The position numbers and the translations under genes are program-made. DNA of 64,000 nt, taken from the IMG/VR virus record IMGVR_UViG_3300016471_000568. One strand, 5' to 3'. The stretch is from an uncultured virus (IMG/VR IMGVR_UViG_3300016471_000568). Its lineage: Duplodnaviria > Heunggongvirae > Uroviricota > Caudoviricetes. Under the pieces are notes generated by a model. That model was given only the letters and a program-made list of their open reading frames with translations, searched no databases and was not told the DNA's origin. Of this stretch, positions 38,409 through 48,288 are shown piece by piece (within the stretch, counting starts at the first letter, position 1; each line of letters begins with the position of its first letter).

Positions 38409-39654
38409 AAGATTCATATATTTTCCATCTTTATCTGCAGGATCTATGGTTTCTGCATTCAAGAAAGATATGAAGTTTGCAAATGGCGATCCGGTAAAAT
38501 TCTTTGATTCTAGATATCCCGCAGAATGGAGACATCCATACTTTTTGGTTACAGCAGGACATCATTACAAGAAAATGGATTTTCGAGATCAAATGGGATT
38601 AGAAAAAGATGTGTTAGTATTTGGCGATTCTGGAGGTTATCAGATTGCGACAGGTGCATTGCCATATAGCAATGAATTGCGAGAAAAGATATTTCATTGG
38701 TTAGAAGCAAACAGCGATGTAGCAGCTAATTTGGATATTCCACCTAAAACAAAATATCGCAATCAATTTGCACATTGTGCTGACATTAGTTTTGATAATT
38801 TTGCTTGGTTTGAAAAACATCAAAGCGGTAAAACAAAATTCTTAAACATGTTGCAAGGATCAAATGCTGATGAATATACTTGGTGGTATCATAAATTTAA
38901 GCATTTTGATTTTCAAGGTTGGGCAATTGGAGGTCCGCAGAAATTAGTTGATTTCATGTTTGCGGTTTCTTTGATGCTTAAAGAGCGAGAATTTGAAAAT
39001 AAACGATTAGAATACGTTCACTTGTTAGGCATTAGCAAAATTTCAGATTTCTTTATTTTGGCTACATTGCAAAAATTAATGAATGAACATACCGGAAATC
39101 GAATTTATATTACAACGGATTCATCTTCTCCAGGACAATATCCAGTATTTGGAACATATCTTCATTCAACAAATTACAAAACACAATCATTTTCAGAATT
39201 GTATTTTCCAAAGAATGCCGAATATCGCAGAAAGGCACACATCAAACAAGGTAAAACTGGAGAAGTTGCAATCGATTTAACTCAATATGTTCCGTGTGCA
39301 TTAGGATGTCCTGCTTGTAAAGATTTTACCTATGAATTGCTAGGAGGTAAAACTGCAGATGGGTTGGATCGGTATTCTCAAGAAGCAATGCCAAGAATGG
39401 TAGTTCACAATACGCATTTGTATGTACAAGCAGCAAATGAAATCAATCAAATGGTTGACAGTCACGTAGAATTGCTAGAAACAGTAATACCAAGAGATTT
39501 ATACGATGTAATTTTGTCATTACATGAAATGTTTGCAGATCCAGATTCGGCGCCGCAAGTATATGAAAAATACATCAAAACATATAAAAAATTCGGTGGT
39601 AGTAGTATATCGACTACCGATGCAGAAAATTTTAATAAATTCTTTACATTTTAA
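38395..39654 (+). CDS. dpdA: DpdA/TGT-fold base-exchange transglycosylase (divergent)
   Basis: DSGGYQ, LDIPP, LQG, WAIGG, HLLG, DSSS, and Zn site C...C..C...HN. Confidence 0.8.
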   Translation: MAENKRFIYFPSLSAGSMVSAFKKDMKFANGDPVKFFDSRYPAEWRHPYFLVTAGHHYKKMDFRDQMGLEKDVLVFGDSGGYQIATGALPYSNELREKIFHWLEANSDVAANLDIPPKTKYRNQFAHCADISFDNFAWFEKHQSGKTKFLNMLQGSNADEYTWWYHKFKHFDFQGWAIGGPQKLVDFMFAVSLMLKEREFENKRLEYVHLLGISKISDFFILATLQKLMNEHTGNRIYITTDSSSPGQYPVFGTYLHSTNYKTQSFSELYFPKNAEYRRKAHIKQGKTGEVAIDLTQYVPCALGCPACKDFTYELLGGKTADGLDRYSQEAMPRMVVHNTHLYVQAANEINQMVDSHVELLETVIPRDLYDVILSLHEMFADPDSAPQVYEKYIKTYKKFGGSSISTTDAENFNKFFTF

Positions 39655-39667
39655 ATTGGAATAAATA

Positions 39668-40378
39668 ATGGAAAAAAGCAAGTTACAATCGTTTATTAAT
39701 CGTTACTATTTAGCAGGAAACTGCGAAGCGGTTATTTTGAAAGAACAAGAAGAATCAATTGGTTGCGAACTAATTGATATGGATCAAACCATCGTTGGTA
39801 AAATTAAATGGAATACTAAACCATTCATGAAGGGCATGTTGGGTATTAATCACACTGGAGCATTAATTAAAATGCTAGGAGCATTAGGTGAAAACATTGC
39901 AATTGATGTAAAAGATGCTGCAGGTAAAAATTATGCCATGAAAATTTCAGAAGGTAGTACGCAAGCAACTTTTATGTTAGCCGATACAACAGTTATTCCG
40001 GCGGTGCCATCAATCAATGCAGAACCTGAATATCAAATTACTATTCCAGTCAATGAAGAATTTGTTAGCAAATTTATCAAAGCAAAAAATGCATTACCTG
40101 ATGCAAAAAATTTTGCAGTGCAAGTTATTAACGGACAAGTAAAATTCATTATCAATTACACAACAGTAAACGCAGATAATATTTCATTTGAAGTAGGTCC
40201 CACTAACATGGACAATATGGATCCGGTTTGTTTTTCGGCAGATAAATTAAAAGAAGTTCTTGTAGCAAATCGCGGTGATTTGGGCGAATTAAAAGTATCT
40301 CCAGATGGATTATCAAGAATTGAATTTAAAGGTACGGATTTTGAATCAACCTATTGGTTAGTAATGCTACAGAATTGA
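39668..40378 (+). CDS. Sliding clamp (gp45/PCNA-like)
   Basis: 236 aa alpha/beta protein; F....LKEVL.AN, L.VS..GL..I.F......Y.LV C-terminus; next to the clamp loader. Confidence 0.7.
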   Translation: MEKSKLQSFINRYYLAGNCEAVILKEQEESIGCELIDMDQTIVGKIKWNTKPFMKGMLGINHTGALIKMLGALGENIAIDVKDAAGKNYAMKISEGSTQATFMLADTTVIPAVPSINAEPEYQITIPVNEEFVSKFIKAKNALPDAKNFAVQVINGQVKFIINYTTVNADNISFEVGPTNMDNMDPVCFSADKLKEVLVANRGDLGELKVSPDGLSRIEFKGTDFESTYWLVMLQN

Positions 40379-40379
40379 T

Positions 40380-40805
40380 ATGCAAGTACAAGTAATAAAC
40401 AATTCATTAAGCCCTTTACCGGCTTATGAAACACCGCAGAGTGCCGGTATGGATGTAAAATGCACAGAACCCATTGTGTTGAACCCGGGAGAACGAGTTT
40501 TAGCAAAAACAGGATTATTTGTGCAAATACCTGCAGGATTTGAACTTCAAGTTCGTCCGCGCAGCGGTTTGGCATTAAAACATGGTGTTACTGTATTGAA
40601 CGCCCCGGGCACAATCGATGCCGATTACCGAGGAGAAATTGGTGTGATTTTAATTAATCATGGCAATATGGTTGTAGAATTTGCACAAGGAGATCGAATA
40701 GCACAAATAGTATTGGCTCGGGTAGAACAAATTCAATGGCAATTAACCGATTCATTATCAACAACAAAACGAGGACAACAAGGATTTGGTTCAACAGGTA
40801 AATAA
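40380..40805 (+). CDS. dut: Trimeric dUTPase
   Basis: SAGMD, RPRSGLA, GTIDADYRGE, RIAQ, RG..GFGSTG. Confidence 0.97.
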   Translation: MQVQVINNSLSPLPAYETPQSAGMDVKCTEPIVLNPGERVLAKTGLFVQIPAGFELQVRPRSGLALKHGVTVLNAPGTIDADYRGEIGVILINHGNMVVEFAQGDRIAQIVLARVEQIQWQLTDSLSTTKRGQQGFGSTGK

Positions 40806-40806
40806 C

Positions 40807-41733
40807 ATGATAACAAAACAAGAAAATACACTCTGGGTAGAATCGTTCAGGCCAGACACATTAGAAGGATACATAGGAAATGAACACATTATTGAAAAAG
40901 TTAAAATATTTATTGCAAATGGCGACGTTCCGCATCTATTATTTTATGGATCAGCTGGAACAGGCAAAACAACGTTGGCGAAAATAATTGCAAACAGCGT
41001 AGATGCAGATTTAATGTATATCAATGCATCTGATGAAAATTCGGTAGATGCTGTACGAGACAAGATTAAGCGTTATGCATCTACCGTTGGATTTAGACGT
41101 TGGAAAATTATTATTTTAGATGAGGCAGATTATTTAACGCCCAATGCTCAAGCTGCTCTTCGTAACCTAATGGAAACATATAGCAAAACAACACGTTTTA
41201 TTTTAACATGTAATTATGTTGAAAAAATTATTGATCCAATTCAATCGCGTTGTCAAACATTTGCTATTACACCGCCAAATAAATCAGATGTTGCAAAGCG
41301 GTTGGTTGCAGTATTGGATGAAAAGGGTGTTACGTATGATATCAAAGATATTGTAGCAATTATCAATGCATCATATCCAGACATTCGTCGCGCAATTAAT
41401 GCAGCACAAGCATCGGTTGTTAATAACGTGTTACAATTAGATAAAGCAAGTGCAATACAAGCAAATTACATGACCGAAATATTGGAGATTCTTAAAACGT
41501 CAAAAGATAAAAAAGCATCGTTCACAAAAATTCGGCAAGTAATTGCTGACAGCAAAGTACGAGACTTTACTGGATTGTATACATTTTTATATGATAATTT
41601 AGATGATTTTGCACATGGTCACGTTGCCCCGTGCATTTTAATTATAGCAGAAGCACAATTCAAAGATGCAAATGTAGTAGACAAAGAAATCAACATAATG
41701 GCAATGTTTGTAAATTTATTAGGAGAATTATGA
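40807..41733 (+). CDS. Clamp loader AAA+ subunit (RFC/gp44-like)
   Basis: WVE.FRP, G.AGTGKTT, NASDE, LDEAD, SRC motif. Confidence 0.93.
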   Translation: MITKQENTLWVESFRPDTLEGYIGNEHIIEKVKIFIANGDVPHLLFYGSAGTGKTTLAKIIANSVDADLMYINASDENSVDAVRDKIKRYASTVGFRRWKIIILDEADYLTPNAQAALRNLMETYSKTTRFILTCNYVEKIIDPIQSRCQTFAITPPNKSDVAKRLVAVLDEKGVTYDIKDIVAIINASYPDIRRAINAAQASVVNNVLQLDKASAIQANYMTEILEILKTSKDKKASFTKIRQVIADSKVRDFTGLYTFLYDNLDDFAHGHVAPCILIIAEAQFKDANVVDKEINIMAMFVNLLGEL

Positions 41734-41948
41734 GTAGTTTAAATGTTAATATTGGTCCGCAAGATATGCAACCAATTTCATGCAAAGAATGCAATGGATT
41801 GTATTTTCGTCAAGTAATGGCAATCAACAAAGTAAGCAAATTTTTAACTGGTGCAGATAAAGACACAATGGTACCTATTCCCGTATTTAGATGCGATGAT
41901 TGCGGATACATTCCAGAAGAATTTCAACCCGTTAAAGTTAAAAAGTAA
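41730..41948 (+). CDS. Small zinc-ribbon protein
   Basis: CKEC...CDDCG; ATG at 41730 with AGGAG. Confidence 0.7.
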   Translation: MSSLNVNIGPQDMQPISCKECNGLYFRQVMAINKVSKFLTGADKDTMVPIPVFRCDDCGYIPEEFQPVKVKK

Positions 41949-42163
41949 TGTCTGTACCATACCATAAAGATTTAGTAACGATTGTATTTAAAACATCGGA
42001 CCGGAGCAATGCTCGCACAAAAATTAAAACGTTTCGCAACAAATCAATTGATGATATTTTAAGTGCAAAGCGAATCATAGGAATACCAGATACGGCTGTT
42101 ATCTTGGAAGCAGGAATGGGTGAATGTTTAGAACAACAATATCGTAAAAAATATAATTTATAA
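41948..42163 (+). CDS. Hypothetical protein
   Basis: 71 aa ORF, translationally coupled (TAATG). Confidence 0.55.
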   Translation: MSVPYHKDLVTIVFKTSDRSNARTKIKTFRNKSIDDILSAKRIIGIPDTAVILEAGMGECLEQQYRKKYNL

Positions 42164-42166
42164 TAA

Positions 42167-42616
42167 ATGGCAGAAGAAAAAAAAGCAGCAACAATTTTTG
42201 ATTTAATTGGCGGAGTAACTGATAAAAAACGAGAATGGAAAAAATGGTCAGAAACGGATCAAAAGAAATTTTCTACATTCATTGTTAATCGTTGGTTGTC
42301 AATGCGCATGGAGTTAACGGAATTGATCAATGAATTGCAAATGTATACTATTGGATACTTACGTCCACAAGAAACTTATAAATTGTATCATGATCTTTTG
42401 CCTAACAATAAAAGTTTTGCAAAATACATTAAAGGCAAATCGGAAGATAAGTATGATAAAGACTTGATTACACAATTTGCAGAACATTATCAAGTTAGCA
42501 AATTAGAAGCTACAGATTATTTAGATCTAATGGATAAAATGCAATGCGAAAGAATATTAATCATGTACGGATATAGTGAATCGGACAAAAAACGTATGTT
42601 AAAAGGTATCAAATGA
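42167..42616 (+). CDS. Clamp loader small subunit (gp62-like)
   Basis: F..F.VNRWLSM......IN.....Y......F.KYIK and YQVS..EA.DYL..M patterns. Confidence 0.65.
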   Translation: MAEEKKAATIFDLIGGVTDKKREWKKWSETDQKKFSTFIVNRWLSMRMELTELINELQMYTIGYLRPQETYKLYHDLLPNNKSFAKYIKGKSEDKYDKDLITQFAEHYQVSKLEATDYLDLMDKMQCERILIMYGYSESDKKRMLKGIK

Positions 42617-42828
42617 ATGTAAATACACAAAAACATTACCAAGGACCATATTCATTATATGAGTTTGCAGAAGATTTTAAACTTAATAGCTACGAATTTG
42701 ACATCATTAAACGCGTTGTTCGATGTCGACATAAAGGATCGTTTTCGGAAGATCTAATCAAAACTAAAGATTTAATTGATATTTATCTTCGAGAACAAGA
42801 ACATCGATATTTGGATTTTAACAAATAA
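42613..42828 (+). CDS. DUF3310-like small protein
   Basis: HY...F......IIK.V.R...KG...EDL.K....I. Confidence 0.6.
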   Translation: MNVNTQKHYQGPYSLYEFAEDFKLNSYEFDIIKRVVRCRHKGSFSEDLIKTKDLIDIYLREQEHRYLDFNK

Positions 42829-42844
42829 TTCCTTATCATATAAT

Positions 42845-43801
42845 ATGAAACAAGGAAATTACATTAATCCTGTATATAAATTAGCAATACGAGATGCAGA
42901 TTCTGTTCCTAGAAAAATATCTTATTCGCAATGGTCAATGTATGAACGTTGTCCCCTTTCTTGGAAACTTGCATACATTGATGGATTGGCGCCATTTCAA
43001 GCATCAATTGAAACCGTATTTGGTACGGCATTTCATGAAACATTTCAACATTTCTTAACCGTAATGTATACAGAATCTGTTAAAAAAGCAGAATCGTTAA
43101 ACCTTCGTTCCATATTGCAAAGCAAACTTCGCGATGAATATACTCGATGTGTGCAAGAAATGGGAGGTCAACATTTTTCTAATCCATTGCAATTAGCAGA
43201 ATATTTAGAAGATGGTGCTGCCATTTTGCAATGGTTTTTGAAACGACGCGCACAATACTTTTCAAGCAAAGATTGGGAATTGGTTGGCATTGAAATTGAA
43301 TTGTGTCAGCAAGCATCAACAAACAACCCTTCAGTATATTGGTACGGTTTTATTGATGTTGTTATGCGGCACGTTCCTAGCAATACGTTTAAATTGTTTG
43401 ACATTAAAACATCTCGTAGTGGATGGAATAAATCGGCCAAATCGGATTCCATGAAAGCTGCACAATTGGTAGCATATAAAAATTATTTTTCAGAACAGTT
43501 TGGTGTTCCTCGAGAAAATATTGATATTGAATTTTTCATTGTTAAACGCAAGATTGTTGAAGAATCAATGTTTCCGCAAAAACGCATTCAAAATCACAAA
43601 CCTTCTGCAGGTTCAGTAACACAAAAGAAAATACAACGGCAAATTGATGCATTTGTTGATGCATGTTTTGATCAAGCAGGAAATAAAGATGCAAACAGAA
43701 ACTATGTAGCTGTTGCCGGCAAGGGTGCTGTAAATTGCAAATATTGTCCGTTTAAAACTGATTATGAACGATGTCCAAAAGATGCTAGGATTCGTGAATA
43801 A
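42845..43801 (+). CDS. PD-(D/E)XK RecB/Cas4-like exonuclease
   Basis: SYSQ...Y..CP, FGTA.H, G.ID, DIKTS, QL..Y, C..CPF.....C (4-Cys). Confidence 0.85.
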   Translation: MKQGNYINPVYKLAIRDADSVPRKISYSQWSMYERCPLSWKLAYIDGLAPFQASIETVFGTAFHETFQHFLTVMYTESVKKAESLNLRSILQSKLRDEYTRCVQEMGGQHFSNPLQLAEYLEDGAAILQWFLKRRAQYFSSKDWELVGIEIELCQQASTNNPSVYWYGFIDVVMRHVPSNTFKLFDIKTSRSGWNKSAKSDSMKAAQLVAYKNYFSEQFGVPRENIDIEFFIVKRKIVEESMFPQKRIQNHKPSAGSVTQKKIQRQIDAFVDACFDQAGNKDANRNYVAVAGKGAVNCKYCPFKTDYERCPKDARIRE

Positions 43802-43819
43802 AATTTATTATAATAAGTT

Positions 43820-44035
43820 ATGAAATGGACACATAAACATGTATATGTATATGAATTTATATTGGAAAATCATGAATCTTGGTCCGGTACAAAAACATGT
43901 GTCATGGAATATGCTTTATGCACAAACACGGATGGTCCCGAACACAAAGAAAATCGAAAATTACTAGAACAAATGCTTCGTTTAGTTTACAAGCATTATC
44001 CAAAAGGTGTTAAATTTGTACGAGATAGAAAATGA
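43820..44035 (+). CDS. Hypothetical protein
   Basis: 71 aa; promoter 43786-43814 immediately upstream. Confidence 0.6.
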   Translation: MKWTHKHVYVYEFILENHESWSGTKTCVMEYALCTNTDGPEHKENRKLLEQMLRLVYKHYPKGVKFVRDRK

Positions 44036-44436
44036 AACGAATTGCAATTATTGGAAACACGGATTGGCAGAACAAAAGAAAAATACAAGAAACATTGCAA
44101 TTAGCAAAAAAGAAATTTGGAGATGATGTAGTTGTAGTGGGAGCTGGCGGCAATGAAGGAGCAAATAGTATGGTTAGAAAATATGCATTGGAATTTGGAC
44201 TTCATTATGAAGAATACAATCCTTCATTTTCAGGACATAACATGTACTCAGCAATGCCCGAATCATATTATGGAAAACCATATCATTTTTCACAACTTCA
44301 TCACCGCATGAAACTCATTGCAGAACGATGTGATTACATGATGATTTTAAACAATCACACACAATTAGACCCAGTGTTACAAACCGCATGGACTCGCACT
44401 AAAAAATTAAATAAACCGGTGGTTATACTAGGCTGA
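44032..44436 (+). CDS. SLOG/YspA-like nucleotide-binding protein
   Basis: IAIIG...W, V.GAGG..GA....KYA, A..CD.M, K.V.I. Confidence 0.65.
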   Translation: MKRIAIIGNTDWQNKRKIQETLQLAKKKFGDDVVVVGAGGNEGANSMVRKYALEFGLHYEEYNPSFSGHNMYSAMPESYYGKPYHFSQLHHRMKLIAERCDYMMILNNHTQLDPVLQTAWTRTKKLNKPVVILG

Positions 44437-44468
44437 AACATATTTATATAAAAGTTATAAAGGAGTAA

Positions 44469-45962
44469 ATGGAGTTACCAAAGTTAAGAAAAATCGATCC
44501 AAACAAACCCAAGAAAAAGAAAATTTTATTATTAGCAGACGATTTTCGGTTGCCATCTGGCATTGGAACAATTAGTCGTGAAATTATTTTTAACACTGTG
44601 CATCATTATGATTGGGTGCAATTGGGTGCTGCATTAAAACATCCAGAAGCCGGACAAGCATTTGATTTATCTGTGCAAGTTGCACAAGAAACAGGCGTAC
44701 CAGATGCTTCAGTTAAAATTATTCCATGGAATGGGTATGGTGATAGAAATGTATTATTTGCAATTTTAAATCAAGAACGACCAGATGCAATATTTCATTT
44801 TACTGATCCTAGATATTGGACGTGGTTGTATGCTATTGAACATGAAATTAAAACTACCTTTAAACTTCCAATTATATATTACTCAATTTGGGACGATCTA
44901 CCATATCCAATGTGGAATGCACCATTTTATGCAAGTTGCGATTTGATTATGGGTATTAGCAAACAATCAGACAATATTCATCGCGAAGTACTTACACAAA
45001 ATGGTTTTGATATTGTAGATTATGATGCCGATGTTTGTACTGCAGATGTAAAATGGAATCAAATTATTACGGGATTTGTTCCGCACGGATTAAATCATAA
45101 CACGTTTAAACCATTATCGCAAGATGATGTCGTATATAAACAAATGCATGAACGTATTAAAATTAAAAATGGTGTTGATTTTGTAGTTTTTTGGAATAAT
45201 CGAAATATACGGAGAAAACAACCAGGCGATGTAATATTAGCATTCAAAACATTTGTAGACGCATTACCAAAAGAAAAACAAAATCAAGTTGCACTTTTAA
45301 TGCACACTCAAATTGTAGATGAAAATGGTACAGATTTAAATGCAATTCATAAAACACTGGCGCCAGAATGTAAAATTATTTTTTCTGAACAAAAAATGAT
45401 GCCAAATGAATTAAATGCAATGTATAATGTTGCCGATGTAGTAGTTAATATTGGTAGTAACGAAGGTTGGGGACTAAGTTCAACCGAAGCAATGTTATCA
45501 GGAACTCCTATTATTAATAACGTAACAGGTGGACTACAAGATCAATGCGGATTTGTCGACGAAAATGATGAATGGATACGATTTAATAGTGATTTTTCAA
45601 CAAATCATACGGGTAAATATAAAAATCACGGAATTTGGGTAAAACCAGTATTTCCTAGTAATAGAAGCTTGCAAGGTTCTCCGCAAACGCCATATATTTT
45701 TGATGATCGAGCTCGTTTCGAAGATGTTGCTGATGCAATTCGTTATTGGTATGACACTCCAGAAACGCTTCGAGAGTCAATGGGCCAATCAGGAAGAGAA
45801 TGGTGTTTAAAAAATGGATTGACTGCTCAACAAATGGGTCAAAAAATGATTAAAATGATTGATTATTTATTCCAATCTAAACCGCAAATGAGAAAAAACT
45901 ATACGATACATAAAGTTACAACTAAAAAATACGAAAAAACAGGAATAGTATGCGAACAGTAG
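44469..45962 (+). CDS. GT4-like glycosyltransferase
   Basis: SGIG, NRNIRRKQPGD, YNVADV....SNEGWGLS..EAM..GTP....TGG. Confidence 0.9.
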   Translation: MELPKLRKIDPNKPKKKKILLLADDFRLPSGIGTISREIIFNTVHHYDWVQLGAALKHPEAGQAFDLSVQVAQETGVPDASVKIIPWNGYGDRNVLFAILNQERPDAIFHFTDPRYWTWLYAIEHEIKTTFKLPIIYYSIWDDLPYPMWNAPFYASCDLIMGISKQSDNIHREVLTQNGFDIVDYDADVCTADVKWNQIITGFVPHGLNHNTFKPLSQDDVVYKQMHERIKIKNGVDFVVFWNNRNIRRKQPGDVILAFKTFVDALPKEKQNQVALLMHTQIVDENGTDLNAIHKTLAPECKIIFSEQKMMPNELNAMYNVADVVVNIGSNEGWGLSSTEAMLSGTPIINNVTGGLQDQCGFVDENDEWIRFNSDFSTNHTGKYKNHGIWVKPVFPSNRSLQGSPQTPYIFDDRARFEDVADAIRYWYDTPETLRESMGQSGREWCLKNGLTAQQMGQKMIKMIDYLFQSKPQMRKNYTIHKVTTKKYEKTGIVCEQ

Positions 45963-47236
45963 TTATTTCATCACCTTTAGCAACACAATCCGGGTATGGA
46001 CATCATGCACGAGAGATTATTGCAAATTTTATAGAACAACGAAACTCCGATTGGGACATTAAATTAGTTTCAATGCCATGGGGCCATACTCCATTTACTT
46101 ATCCACTATCAATTGATTGGCAAAAACGATTGATTCCATTGCCATTACAATATCAGCCAGATATTTGGGTACAAATTACAGTTCCAAATGAATTACAAGC
46201 AATTGGTAAATTTAATGTTGGAGTTACTGCAGGAACGGAAGGAGACATATGTCCAGAAGCTTGGATTGATAATTTGAATGCAATGCAACTAGTTATTGTT
46301 CCAAGTGAATTTACCAAACAAGTATTTGTTAATACATCACAAAAACACAATAAACCAATAACAACACGTATTGAAGTTATTCCGGAATATTTTGATGAAA
46401 CGATTTATACAAACAATGTACAATTGCAATTAGAAATTCTAGAACAAATTCCAGAAACATTTGCATTTTTATCAGTTGGCCATTGGCTGCAAGGACAAGT
46501 TGGAGAAGATCGTAAAAACATTAGCGGCTTGCTTCATTGCTTTTTCAATACATATAAGAATCAAAAAGATGCACCTGCTCTCATATTGAAATCAAGTGGT
46601 GCAACATATTCCGTAATGGATCGAATGGAGATTGAAAATAAAATCACACAAATACAAAATATGTTTGGTAATGCAAAATTACCTAATGTATATTTGTTAC
46701 ATGGCGATTTGGCAGATGAAGAAATGAATATGCTTTACAATCATCCAAAAGTTAAAGCTATGATATCGTTTACCAAGGCAGAAGGATTTGGAAGACCATT
46801 ATTAGAATTTTCTACCACAGGTAAACCAATTATTGCTCCACATTATTCTGGACAAGCAGATTTTCTTAAAAAAGAATTTATTTGCCCGCTTTCAGGAGTA
46901 TTAACAGATATCCATGGGTCTGCTAGAAATGAATTTTTAATTAAAGGAGCAAAATGGTTTACTGTAGATTATGGATATGCTGGTAAAATGATGAAAGAAG
47001 TTCAAAAGAATTATAAAAAATGGAAAGAATTAGCAAAACGTCAACGATATTATGTCAATTCAACATTTACAAAAACTGCAGTAGCCGCAGTATATGAAAA
47101 AGTATTAAATATTATTGATAATTCAATTCAATCGTCGCCGCAGCATGTAACTTTAAATTTACCAAAATTGAAAAAAATTGATAGCGAAACTAAACCGACT
47201 ATTACATTACCCAATTTAAAAAAGATTGAGGCATGA
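45950..47236 (+). CDS. GT4-like glycosyltransferase
   Basis: SGYG.HAR, RKN, EGFGRPLLE....KP......SG..DF. Confidence 0.9.
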   Translation: MRTVVISSPLATQSGYGHHAREIIANFIEQRNSDWDIKLVSMPWGHTPFTYPLSIDWQKRLIPLPLQYQPDIWVQITVPNELQAIGKFNVGVTAGTEGDICPEAWIDNLNAMQLVIVPSEFTKQVFVNTSQKHNKPITTRIEVIPEYFDETIYTNNVQLQLEILEQIPETFAFLSVGHWLQGQVGEDRKNISGLLHCFFNTYKNQKDAPALILKSSGATYSVMDRMEIENKITQIQNMFGNAKLPNVYLLHGDLADEEMNMLYNHPKVKAMISFTKAEGFGRPLLEFSTTGKPIIAPHYSGQADFLKKEFICPLSGVLTDIHGSARNEFLIKGAKWFTVDYGYAGKMMKEVQKNYKKWKELAKRQRYYVNSTFTKTAVAAVYEKVLNIIDNSIQSSPQHVTLNLPKLKKIDSETKPTITLPNLKKIEA

Positions 47237-47862
47237 AAATAAGTTATGCCGTCACGGTTTGCAATGAGTTTATAGAAATTCAGCGACTGTTAAATTTTTT
47301 ATTGAAACATAAACGGCAACAAGATGAAATTGTAGTACTACTGGATACTACAAAAGCTGATTCTGAATTGATATCAACGTTACGACTTTTTGAAAGTCAT
47401 AACATGGATCATATGGTAGTTTGGCCTGCAGAGTTTCAAGGACATTTTGCTAATTGGAAAAACAAATTAACTAGTTTTTGCAAAGGCGACTACATTTTTC
47501 AAATTGATGCGGATGAAATTCCAGATGAAAATTTAATTGATATTTTACCTGCAATGCTAGAAGAAAACAATGAGATTGATGTTTTTTTAGTGCCGCGCAT
47601 AAATACAGTAGAAGGCTTAACGGCCGAGCATGTTGCTAAATGGAGATGGAACGTAAACAATGAAGGTTGGGTCAATTGGCCTGATTATCAATGGCGTATA
47701 TGGAAAAACAATGCTGAAATTACGTGGATAAACAAAGTGCATGAACGTTTAGCTGGTTTTAAAACTTACACAACGATGCCAGACGCAAAACAATTTGCAC
47801 TTTATCATCCAAAGACTATTGCTCGACAAGAAAAACAAAACGCATATTACGATACATTATAA
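47233..47862 (+). CDS. GT2 glycosyltransferase
   Basis: ISYA..VCNE, F...KN, IDADE, PR.N, WPD.Q.R, VHE. Confidence 0.9.
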   Translation: MKISYAVTVCNEFIEIQRLLNFLLKHKRQQDEIVVLLDTTKADSELISTLRLFESHNMDHMVVWPAEFQGHFANWKNKLTSFCKGDYIFQIDADEIPDENLIDILPAMLEENNEIDVFLVPRINTVEGLTAEHVAKWRWNVNNEGWVNWPDYQWRIWKNNAEITWINKVHERLAGFKTYTTMPDAKQFALYHPKTIARQEKQNAYYDTL

Positions 47863-48272
47863 TGGAAACAATTTATAGCAAAGTTAATTCTAATTTATTA
47901 CATATTATTGTACGTAAAACTGATTTAAAGCCAGGTAGAACGGAAGTTGTGCCAGAATCAAATTTTATTCAATGTGCTTTACTTAATATGCCAAATGGAA
48001 AAACATTTCAGCCGCATAAACATATATGGAAAGAACGTACCAGAAATGTTATCGCACAAGAAAGTTGGATTGTAATTCAAGGTAGTGTACGATGCATATT
48101 ATATGATATTGATGATACAATTATTGCAACGCCAACATTATATCCTGGAGATGCATCATTTACTTTGCAAGGCGGACATACATATGAAATATTAGAAGAT
48201 GACACGTTAGTATACGAATATAAAACAGGTCCATATGAAGGACAAAAATTAGATAAACAATTTATTTTATAA
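47862..48272 (+). CDS. Cupin-fold protein (sugar isomerase/WbuC-like)
   Basis: PH.H...QE.W.V..G; GGH; E.K.GPY.G...DK. Confidence 0.75.
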   Translation: METIYSKVNSNLLHIIVRKTDLKPGRTEVVPESNFIQCALLNMPNGKTFQPHKHIWKERTRNVIAQESWIVIQGSVRCILYDIDDTIIATPTLYPGDASFTLQGGHTYEILEDDTLVYEYKTGPYEGQKLDKQFIL

Positions 48273-48288
48273 AAATACAAGGACAAAT

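Noticed and set aside
29300..39654. Queuosine tRNA-modification pathway as an auxiliary metabolic module
   Set aside because: No queC, queF or queA in the window; the TGT-fold protein is divergent, sits among replisome genes and has a DpdL-like neighbour, which favours DNA modification. Not formally excluded.
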